Part shown: positions 1 through 9,758 of the stretch, in pieces | Layout of the letters: every line of letters starts with the position of its first letter | Position numbering within the stretch: the stretch's first letter is position 1 | Origin: Epithemia pelagica | Lineage: Eukaryota > Protista > Bacillariophyta | Assembly (NCBI GenBank): GCA_946965045.2 | Contig: OX337229.1 | Location: 5,270,001 to 5,334,000, forward strand | Length of the DNA: 64,000 nt | Direction: 5' to 3' | Program-made: the position numbers and the translations under genes | The notes under the pieces: model-generated | The model's input: the letters and a program-made list of their open reading frames with translations, nothing else | Told to the model about the DNA's origin: nothing | Database searches by the model: none

Positions 1-2
1 AA

Positions 3-506
3 AAGACAAATGAAGAAGACAGTGGTAATGACATGATGAGGAATTGGGAGCCTCCTCATGTCTTGACACAGTGGGTCGACGACAAGAAACAGCGTCATTT
101 GGTGATTTTGGTGGTGTTGCCTACAGGTATTGCACATGAAGACACAACAAATTGCTTGATTGAAGTGGATCCAAGCCAGCTACAGGTACATGTGAAGGTA
201 ATTTGGCCTGACAACGCAACTCATATCCAGTATCTAACCCAACACATGCACAGAGAGTGGCATGTCGAGGAGAAAAACCTATGAATGAAACTTGCTTTGG
301 AAGACGCCATGAATCAGATGCAAAAAAGAGGAACAGACTTTGTCAGGTCAAAGTTTTCTCTTACTCTTCCTTTCATGGTCCAAAGCAGGTTCGACTACGA
401 ATTTATGTACGACACAACAAATGGATTCAGAGCGTTGTTGATTTCCCTACATGAGCCGGACGCCAAGTTTGAAGGTGGCATGAAACACAAGATGGTGCGT
501 CTGTAA
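3..506 (+). pseudogene. 3' part of a hypothetical protein ORF (open from window edge) split by an in-frame TGA at 282-284
   Basis: Frame is open from nt 3 (KTNEEDSGNDMMRNWEPP...). ORFs 33..284 and 285..506 are the same frame (EEKNL*MKLALE). No family recognised. Confidence 0.35.
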
Positions 507-934
507 ATTAATGTAGTATGATTTGGGGCGGTTGTAAAAACCGGGTGGTGGTGGGCCTAAATCTTTCTATTAGTTCTCTATTTGTCCATGTTCATAGTTT
601 ATGCCATAGTACATCGATTAAGCGTTCTGGTCGTGTTCTGCTTTGTAGTCAGACTTTGCCTGGCATGACAGCGAGCTGCTCAGGATTACCCCAGCTCCCT
701 GAAGAAGAAACCTGAATTCGTCCTTTCGTCCAATTTTGACCCCCAAAACAAATTCGTTGGGACTACAACCGTCGCCTTGGGAGGACAAGTCTAGTCCCTG
801 GGGACGATTTATCAAGTAGAAATGATGGAAAAGGGCATGTGAACACACTTTTAGATAGTCCCTTGGAGCTTGACAAAAAGCCATGTTCGTGAACCTAGAA
901 AACAGGGATAAGGGATTCAGACATACCCTAGAAT

Positions 935-1048
935 CAAATTACGCCATCGTTCATAGAGGAAAATTCTACAAGTGAGACCTAGACCGTTTGCCCCTCATGG
1001 GGTTAGCTATTTGCTTAAAATTCGCTCAATATCGGTCGCGCTTCTTGG
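935..1048 (-). repeat. 3' LTR (exact edges uncertain by 1-2 nt)
   Basis: Identical to 7057-7170 except T1012 vs C7134 (CpG-type transition). Confidence 0.9.
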
Positions 1049-1055
1049 TCCCCTC
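1049..1055 (-). promoter_or_regulatory. Polypurine tract (GAGGGGA) next to the 3' LTR
   Basis: Plus strand tcccctc directly abuts the LTR repeat. Confidence 0.65.
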
Positions 1056-1195
1056 ACAATTTCTCGTTCGCTATTGTCTTCGAGTGAATTGTGCATCCTC
1101 CATCATTCAGTTCTTCGTGCAACATAAACCTGCTTTTAGAGACTCATATGAGTGCAGGACGTACCCTGACCCTTTCCAGGCGGCGGGAAACGTAC

Positions 1196-4100
1196 TCAAA
1201 ACAAGATCATTCCAGCAAGTCTTGTTCGTTCCGGTCCTGTTTGGACCTTCGTCAAGAGATCAGCCAAATTAGTTGTGGATGGCTCATAGGCAATACGACA
1301 CACTCCATTTGCCACATTTTCTCGAACGTAATGGTATGCAACTGCATTCGACTTCTTCTTCAACGTTGATTCTGGCTTCGAGCTATTGGAAACCACTGAC
1401 ATGTTATCACAACGGACATGTGCGTGTCCATCAAGTGGTATTCCCATCATTCGTAGTTTATAACGTAGACCGCGTAACATTTTGATGCCCACTTTGAGGG
1501 CCATGAACTCAGAACCAAAGGTAGAAGTCTCCACACTGGTCTGCTTCTTGCTGTACCACAATATGGGTGACCGATTTAGGTAGATGAGAACTCCAGTTCT
1601 GGATCGTCGTGTTAATAAGTCTCCGGCGTGATCGGAGTCAACGAAGCAAGTCATTTGTAGAGGGTTGCCCAATGGCTCTGGTGCGTCTAATGGAACTTCT
1701 TCCTTCGCATTGGGGTAGAATGCTGTCCAATCCCCCATGGGTTCGTCCCCGTGCTCAATGTACGACGGGTCCAATACCAATCGAGAACGATCGTGAAATT
1801 TTAGATACGCGAAGAGGTGTAGCATGGCCTCCACGTGTCCTTCTCTTGGTCCTGCTAGAAAGGCAGCAAGCATCGAAACTTCTGTTGTGATGTCGATGCG
1901 TCCCAATTCAACCAACCAGCGTAGTACTCCAAGTTGTTGTTGATAAAAGGACAGGAGTTCATCGTCACAATACGGACTTACGTCCATTTCTGGGCGATAG
2001 CCACTTGGCAAAACGGTTGATACTCGTGTCTTCAACTTTCGCCCGCGTTCTTCCAACCAGTCTGATACGTTTTGGATAGCGGCCTTGGCATATTTGTTCG
2101 AACTAAGGGCCCAGCACCGTTGACTCGCATCATTGTTTATGTCATATTGTTCGACTTGATTACCGAGATAGATCTTCGGTATTCCAATGGAATCAGGCTT
2201 CAATAGGTAGTGATGATCCAGCATAGTGAGCGTCTCTTGCGGTTTATGCGACACTACCAAAATATCATCCGTATAAACAAAAAGCATTTCGTAATATCGC
2301 ATGCCATCAGCCTTGGTGGAGGGTCGGATATAGACGTCTGGATCAGCTCTGCAAGGCTTGTATCCGAGATCTGTCTGTAATGTCGATGATAACAGCTCGC
2401 GCCATGCATAAGCGCTTGTCTTTAAGCCATAAAGAGCCCTGGTAATGATGGCTATACGACCTTTGTATTCTGGACCAAATTCCAATCCGCAAACCGTGCA
2501 GACCTTCTCGAGACATGGTGCATTTAAGTAGGCACCGGCTATGTCCGCGGTTAGCACGTCAAGACCATTCAAGGCTGCCATCAAGAAGCCAATACGCACA
2601 CTATCCCTGCTCACAACACTTGCATAGGTTGGAGCTTCTGGTTCGGACGTCTTATGTCCCCCAGCTACATACCGAGCTTTCCGTGTAAAGTCCATTTTAA
2701 CGTCAAAGACGATATGGCACGGGATAGTTTGGTAGCCAATGGGGGTGGAAGAGCCTTCCTCAAGAATCTTCATACAAGGAAAGATCTTTGACATTTCCAG
2801 TTGCAAGGCCTTCCTCCAATAATCTGTTCCGGTCTCTCTGTCGATCTCAAGTACCCGTTACACAGTCTTCGGTACCTCTACTCCGTACTTCTGCCATGTA
2901 CGCATGTACCGTTTGCTACTGGAGACGGCCTTGATCAGTCGTTTACTGCGCTTGATGGTGAAAGGTACCCACCAGTTGAAGGCTGGTTCCTTGTCCAGCT
3001 TATTTGCGACAGCGTATTGGGCCAATTCCAGTGGATAGGATTCCTTCAAGTCCTTTAGCCGTTCCCAGCTGGTGGACCCATCCTTCCATTGGATACAGAG
3101 GAACCATCCTCTCGTTGTCTTCTTTTTATGCGTTCGTCCGTTCAGCACAAATTCTCCATCAGAGATTGGGATTGCGCTGGCGTCTTTCTTGTGGTCGAGA
3201 ATGTCGTCGATTATGCGATATCGATTCCCTTCCTCGTCTATTTGCTCAAAAATACTTTCAGCAATAATGTTGGCGGCATATGCTTGCGTATGTCCGTCGT
3301 CGAATTCCACTTCGTACAGGCTTGTATCAAGCAACGGATTGCTCGACGCTGTACCAATCACTTTGCCGTCGGCATCTCGTTTCCGACGTTTGACAGTCCC
3401 CTTTCGCTTATCATCTCCTAAGGGGAGCATGACTTTCGCGCTTATCAATTTGTCATAGGAATCCGGAGCATAATGATCAGCTTCTGGCATGGAGACATCA
3501 GCTTGCTCATCGTCTTCGTATGGCTCATATAGAGGGGTATCAGCCTCCTTGGGCTCATCGTCGTCTTCAGCAGGGATACCTGCCATTCTCGCACCAAGTG
3601 CTTCTCCAAGAGTCGATGTGAACTGTTCACGTTGCTCTCGAAAGGCCTCGTCGTTTTGCATTGCCCTGGTAATGGGCCAGACAGACGTTCGATGTACGAT
3701 CTTGCCCTTCTCCGTCAGTATTTTGGCACACATGGCCTGACCGACAGAATGGCTGGGGCCGAGCCATCTCCCAAGCTTTCGTCCTTCAAACCCGGGATTG
3801 CTGTACCATACAAAATCGTACCATTTGTGTTCGATCAAGTGTGATATATCGGGAGTATCGCCAGTAAGGATTTGAATTGGAGGCGGATTCCCATTTGCTT
3901 GCGATGTATGTGATCTTCTCTCTGCCACTAGCATAAGGCAATGGTCCCATAACACTGCTGGCGCATTGCTTTGACGCATTTCTCGCCGATAGATTCGTTT
4001 CAACTCGCGTATATTAGCCTCGGCGAGGTTTTGATTGGGGGTCCAAGCTTCCACTGGCTTGAGACGACACCCATACTTTGATGCAACGCGCTTGAACTCC

Positions 4101-5176
4101 AAAGAGGTGAGCTCTGGGGCATTGTCGGGGACAATATGGTTGAATATGCCATATTCGTCAAAGAGAGGAGGCAGAGTGGATGGTGCTTCACTTCGCTTGC
4201 GCATTGGGACGAAATGCACCCATCCAAAGTCGGTAGCAAAGATTTGACCGCATGTATGTTGGTCCAATGATTTTGTTTCGGCAAATAAGGTATCGGTATA
4301 TACGTCCGCCCGCAGACGGCGGTGCCGAAGTTGGTAGGCAGTGTGTCTCAGACGCTTAGAGCCACCATGTTCATTGAAGTCACGCACTCCGAGCTGCGTT
4401 GTTTCTTCAAAGGTGCGCTCCGCTGTCTTGAGTCCAATATTCCATCGTGTGGCTAAATCTTGTGGCTGCACTGTCCCCTTTCGAGTATGCGTGGTCTTGG
4501 CAATGGTGATGGTGCGCCCATTGATTCTTCTCACAGAAACAAGGGAGTCAACTTGCAGATCCCTTGAAGGTTTCTCTACGATAGTGTCGTGAACGATCGC
4601 ATCCCGAAGCTTTCTTTCATCAGCATCATATTCTACTGCTGAGTCATTCGGTCGCCATTCGGGTGTTGCGTTTGTCATATCGATCCGATAGCACGAGTCC
4701 ATATTCTCGATCTCGTGTGCGATCGGCTTTCTTACTTTGAACTGACTGATGATCCCACGCAAGTCCATTGGGATTACAAGTTCCTTTTCCTCAGAGTCTT
4801 TAGCTACGATCGCATGAGCCCTCTCATTTCGTTCTGTCGATGGTAGAAACTTCAAAGGGACGTCATTGACCAAAACACCGGCCTCTCTCATCTGATTGGG
4901 ATTTAAAAGACAACGATCGATTTGAGGGAGGTACAGCGCTTGGTGGAAGTAGAGCAAGAAGGTTGCTCCGCTCTCAGGGTCATCGTAGGCAAGGACACCT
5001 GTGATGACTGGGGTCTCATTCAATTTTCCCAGTGTTTCCGTGAAACCACTGACATCGGCAGTGTCAGTCTGATACAGAACGTGACAGCCTCGGCCAAGAC
5101 AACATGTGTCGGCATGTGAGTCTAACTCGCACATGAAGGTTGGAACTGTAATTTCGTTGGGCTTGGTCATTGACAT
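1196..5176 (-). pseudogene. pol: Copia pol (protease, integrase, chromodomain-like region, RT, RNase H) with premature TAA at 2858-2860
   Basis: PR ELDSHADT; IN YTDT / PDNAPE / NLAE; RT ADIAGAYL, ALYGLK, YTDD; RH FVDSDHAGD, CDN, NLADLLTK. ORFs 2858..5176 and 1196..2806 are one frame (PKTV*RVLEIDRETGTDYWRKALQLEM). Confidence 0.93.
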
Positions 5177-5191
5177 CGACTGGAGCGATAG

Positions 5192-6637
5192 TCACAAATT
5201 TTCAGAGTTTCGTTTCTTCTTGCGCTGGCTCATGATTGCGCCAATGCCTCTGCTAGCTTCGTCAGAGGACTCTTCGGAGACATCGGGAGTGTCATTATTC
5301 TGTGCATCCTTCTTTGCCTTCTTTCGGGATTGACTCGTAACGGATGCCACTCCTCTCCTTTTATCGCGTTCTTCACGCACATCGCGAACGCGTTGGCGTT
5401 CTGGCCCACTCAACTTTGACCATTCCTTTGGAGTATAGTAGCGGTCCGTTAATTCCTCCTTTTCTTTATCTTCATTCTTCTTATTGTTTCGGCCATTATT
5501 GTTCCTTCCCTTTCCTTTGTTTTGGGATTGGATCGAGGAGATTCTGGCTTGCTTCCTATTGGAGGCGCTATAGGAGACCTTGCTGTCTAACACCTCTGCA
5601 AGGAAGTTCGATGCGGTTTCAAATGTTGCTCGGAGAGTAGGGGTTGCAAGAATTTGATTCTTTGCACTCTCGAGTCGTGCATCTGCAATGCCTGTGAGGA
5701 GAATGCGCACTTTTCTCTCTTCACTCACAGCTTCGCCTGTTGACTCAAGGTCAGTAAATGCCCGTTGCAGGGTTTCTATGAATCGTTCATAGGTAAAATT
5801 GCGCTTTGCTCCATCGTAATACACACTTTCGAGTGTTTGATCTGCTTTGGCACGGAGACGAGATTGGAAAGCGTCTCCAAGATAATGGGTACGCAAGGCT
5901 TGATAGGCAGCACGTCCATTGCGTGCGCGTGCAAATGGTTGCACCCAGCCCCATCCTGGTCCATCATGTGTGATGTGTCTGATAACATCCCACACGGCAA
6001 GATTGTCGGCAGCATAGGTAGGGCCTGTATGTGGTGCCCGCCTGATCATCTCCGCCAGGAAAGTTGGAGCACCGAAATTCGGATCTTCATTTTCAGGTGC
6101 AACGTTGGGATCGCTACGAGTGTACGCAGCCAAAGGAATGCCAGTGACACCTCGCTTGGACTCAAGATAATGATCAAGGTCCTCCAAAACAACACGGATA
6201 TTCTCAATCGATGTGAGTTTCTCCGGCATGGGAACTTCGTTGTCATGTTCCGTCTCACTCTCTTTGAATTGATAGAGTGTTTGTAGATCGGCCAAGTTGG
6301 GAACAGTACCGACAAAGGTCCGATTCACCTTGTTCAAATGGATAACAAAGTAACGAAACATCTTGAGGCGTTTCTCAGCCAGATGACCAATCATGATACC
6401 AGGATTAGCAATCAACGGTGGTCCAAGAGGATTAGGATTGGGAATCATGCCACCAGGTTTCCTGGCATTTGAGCAAATTTCAGCGATATCATCTTCGCTC
6501 AGAGCTTCGAAGTCACTAATTGCTCGTAGTCCCTGAGCATTCAAGGCATCACGAGCTGCCTGATCGGTGATTTGGAGCACTACATCCATGTAGGCATTCA
6601 AGATGTCAAGAGGGCTTGCTGGAGGAATCGCTGCCAT
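5192..6637 (-). CDS. gag: Copia (CoDi) Gag, start MAAIPPA at ATG 6637
   Basis: ~480-aa ORF directly upstream of and in frame with pol, inside the LTRs; accATGG context; motifs WDVIRHITHDG, ARNGRAAY, YYDGAKRNFTYERF. Confidence 0.88.
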   Translation of the reverse strand: MAAIPPASPLDILNAYMDVVLQITDQAARDALNAQGLRAISDFEALSEDDIAEICSNARKPGGMIPNPNPLGPPLIANPGIMIGHLAEKRLKMFRYFVIHLNKVNRTFVGTVPNLADLQTLYQFKESETEHDNEVPMPEKLTSIENIRVVLEDLDHYLESKRGVTGIPLAAYTRSDPNVAPENEDPNFGAPTFLAEMIRRAPHTGPTYAADNLAVWDVIRHITHDGPGWGWVQPFARARNGRAAYQALRTHYLGDAFQSRLRAKADQTLESVYYDGAKRNFTYERFIETLQRAFTDLESTGEAVSEERKVRILLTGIADARLESAKNQILATPTLRATFETASNFLAEVLDSKVSYSASNRKQARISSIQSQNKGKGRNNNGRNNKKNEDKEKEELTDRYYTPKEWSKLSGPERQRVRDVREERDKRRGVASVTSQSRKKAKKDAQNNDTPDVSEESSDEASRGIGAIMSQRKKKRNSENL

Positions 6638-7043
6638 GGTAGTTCTTGTTCGGGTGAAGTTGGGCTTTCCGGTGAAAGTGTGCAGATACTTCACCTGATA
6701 ATCTCGCTTTCATTTGCGAGCGAGTAAAAGTAGAATTGGAGTCGAGAGCTCGCATGGTGCCTGGACGGCGCACTTCATTAAGCATTTAAGCAACGAAAGT
6801 GTCCGTATGGCTGTCATCTTTCAACGGCAAGATGTGTGACGCGTCCGTCATTGCCCGATATGCGCGCAAAAGCTGACCGCATATCACATCCTCTATCTCT
6901 AACCCCGTTGCAGGTGAGATATGTAGTAGAGGAAGGGAGTACAGGTATCCAACCTTGGGCGGTCATTCTCGGAGCGAATGATCCAGATATTTCGCGACCT
7001 TCCCAGGCCATGGTTGAGGTAAAGCTCATAAAAGAGTCGTGAT

Positions 7044-7058
7044 GGGTCTGATAAACCA
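7044..7058 (-). promoter_or_regulatory. PBS-like sequence TGGTTTATCAGACCC
   Basis: Begins with TGG at the 5' LTR inner edge. The cognate tRNA was not identified. Confidence 0.45.
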
Positions 7059-7170
7059 AATTACGCCATCGTTCATAGAGGAAAATTCTACAAGTGAGAC
7101 CTAGACCGTTTGCCCCTCATGGGGTTAGCTATTCGCTTAAAATTCGCTCAATATCGGTCGCGCTTCTTGG
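7057..7170 (-). repeat. 5' LTR
   Basis: Direct repeat of 935-1048. Confidence 0.9.
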
Positions 7171-8071
7171 AATGACTAGGGTGCTGGTTTTCCGCTCCCT
7201 TCTCTTGGATGCCGCCAAAACACCCGCAGCCAATACACCTCTACTGTACGACTTGTCATGGATTATGAGGTCCTGATAGCTCTAGGTTTGTTGTCGCCGC
7301 TGTCTCATGGTTAACACGTTAACACCCCATAGCTAGGGGGGAGTAATGAAAACGGCATAGGCATGTATTTCTGCTCATGTAATAGCTGCTTCGAGACATA
7401 GTATTCATGAGCACAGACCAACTTGCAGAGAGTTCATGCAACGCCATTTATGGTTCTATAGTAAATGCCATGGAATCAATACTAGCTCAAAAGTTCTTTG
7501 TTTCAGGTCGATGGAAGCCTCGCAAAAGCTATCGAGGTTTAAAATGTAAGATTATGCTACAATATCCCATTCTGTTACGCAACTACTCCTACACCACATT
7601 GAACTTGAACCGGATCAACGTAAAAAAAGGACTTGGAGATTGGAGAGCCGAGAGACACCAACCCCTCACATTGAAAAAGAGAGGTAGCTAACCTCTCTAC
7701 GTGTCCTGCTAGCTCTACTCCTCTAGAGTAGTATTGTAGCGCGTGCTTTGTTGCTCCTGCTCCCGGATACAAACTACAATAAATATGCCCATGTGCGCGT
7801 ACGAATACTCCACAATCACCACAAAAGAAAGGAAAGATTTTTGATATTATTGCCTCAGAAAAACTATATAAGCCTCTGAGACCGGAGAGCGTATTTTGCC
7901 GTTAAATATTCTGCTGCTCTTGTGGCGTTCTTGGATATCATATCCACGAATGCCTACGACTGCAGAAACGACTGCGCCATTTTCCCGAGTGCTCACTTTT
8001 TGGACATCAATTCTCACAAAATCTGTTCAGGACAAACCATACATCGTATCCAAGCAAAATAAACGACGAAA

Positions 8072-9466
8072 ATGCCTCTCGTTATTCACCATAATGAACA
8101 GTGTGAAAAGGATACTGATTCCGATATCTGTCCTGCTGACATGGCTTCTTTATCGTCAATGATTGGGTTTCTCGACAGTGGGAAGGATTTAGTCGACGCT
8201 CTGGAAACTCGTGCAAGCTCGCCCTTCCTACGCATTGCAAATTCTTTCGATAGTGGTTTCGCCTATCAGCGGGTTGATCAGACGAATTACAGGGATTCTC
8301 TAAAGGATGAGACCCAATTGGAGCCTGGAAAGTCGCACTCGGAAACCACCCAGCTAAAAGACGATGAAAGTTGCGAGCAAGCTCCCCAAACTTTGCTTCC
8401 GAGTCGCCTTCCATTATCGAAAGAAGAAGACGACAACGATTGCAAAAACCAGGAGAAAAATATGACCACTGCACCAATGAGACCAAACATTCCTCCAAAA
8501 CGACCCGTTTCCGCTTACAATCTCTTCTTCAAGTTCAAGCGGCGAGAACTCCTCCGCAACGATGTTCACAAAGCCCTCACATTTGCGAGAATTGGACAGT
8601 TAATTGGGAAAGAGTGGCAAGGTATGAGTGAAAGAGATCGCGCTCAGTACGACGTTGAAGCGAGACAGGATCAAGCAAGGTACCGTGAAGAAATGTTAGC
8701 GTGGAAGAGAGAACACCGAAAACAGCCATGTCGCAGCTCTTCGAAAAAGATCCAACGGCCCACAGATCATTCCCTTCGAGAGAGAAAAAGAAGCAAAGAG
8801 TCTGTCCGCGCGTATGATCAGCAGAGCAGGTCGTCCCCATATCTTGATTCCTCTTCATCCTCCCCATCCTTACGTTCTGCTTTTTCATCATCACCAGGCG
8901 GAATGTACAGCGCGCCATATTCACCTCCTTCCTCTCAGAATATAAAGCCTCCTTGTGTCTCTTCTCGAGGCAACGAAATATATGCGACACCAAAAAGCCA
9001 AATCCAGACACCAACGCAATACCGTAAGTCAACCAGGTAACCATTTTTTCGAGTTTCGGTGAAAATGACGACAAGATATGCTTCCTTTTTCCTTTTTTTG
9101 CCACCGCGTGTCTCACACAATGTATTTCACGCAGAAGCCGGACAAGACTCTTTTTATTCGACTACTGGACAAGAATCGTTCGAATGTACACCATCTCATT
9201 TCTTCCAGAGTCACAACGAAATACGGGACGGATCCTATCTGCGCAGTCATCTGCCGCCAACAACTCCGCTGAGCAATACCAGTGGTTCGTGGTATTGGAC
9301 TCCCCATCACACCACGCCTCCTCCTCCCCCTCCTTCCGTTCCAGGTGTAATGTACCACAGTCCGACGTCCCAACCACCTCCTCCAACTTACAGCGCTCCT
9401 CAAGGATGGTATGGCGCAAGAGAAAACTCATTTCCCCCGACATCTTCCTTTCCACAATCTCATTGA
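8072..9466 (+). CDS. HMG-box protein 1 (exons 8072-9023 and 9135-9466; frame continues to 9625 past a TGA)
   Basis: PKRPVSAYNLFF...IGQLIGKEW...RAQY...RYREEM. Intron gtaagt(9024)..gcag(9134), 111 bp, removes the TAA at 9038 and preserves frame. Confidence 0.85.
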
Positions 9467-9758
9467 CCACCAGAGCAATGGTTCCCATCTGAAACTAGTG
9501 GAAACCTCCAGATCAAGTATACTTGTGTGCGAATGACCAGAGAGCCAAGGCGTAAAATTGACCAGGATTGTACACCTCGACACCGAACATCAACAAACGG
9601 TCAATGGACTCCCTCGTCGCCATAGACCCAAGTTCTGTGCCACAGAAATGATGGCAGTTTTGAAAACGACGATTCCTATTATTTGTCCTGGCAAGCAAAA
9701 GTATGGACAGCAGGTAGCGTTGATCACAAGAGGCAACTCGTCTCTTTTTCGAACCATC

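Larger units (their letters stand above)
935..7170 (-). mobile_element. Full-length Ty1/Copia LTR retrotransposon, CoDi type, pol inactivated by one stop
   Basis: 114-bp direct repeats at 935-1048 and 7057-7170 with 1 mismatch; gag then PR-IN-RT-RH order on minus strand; PPT and PBS-like sequence at the inner LTR edges. Confidence 0.95.

Noticed and set aside
618-884. Host gene or transposase interrupted by the Copia element
   Set aside because: Joining the flanks gave no convincing continuous ORF or transposase motif.
7044-7058. Assigning the PBS to tRNA-iMet or to a tRNA-Ile anticodon loop
   Set aside because: It differs from TGGTATCAGAGC by a 2-nt insertion and a substitution, and the CTGATAA loop has only a 3-bp stem. 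It needs the host tRNA set.
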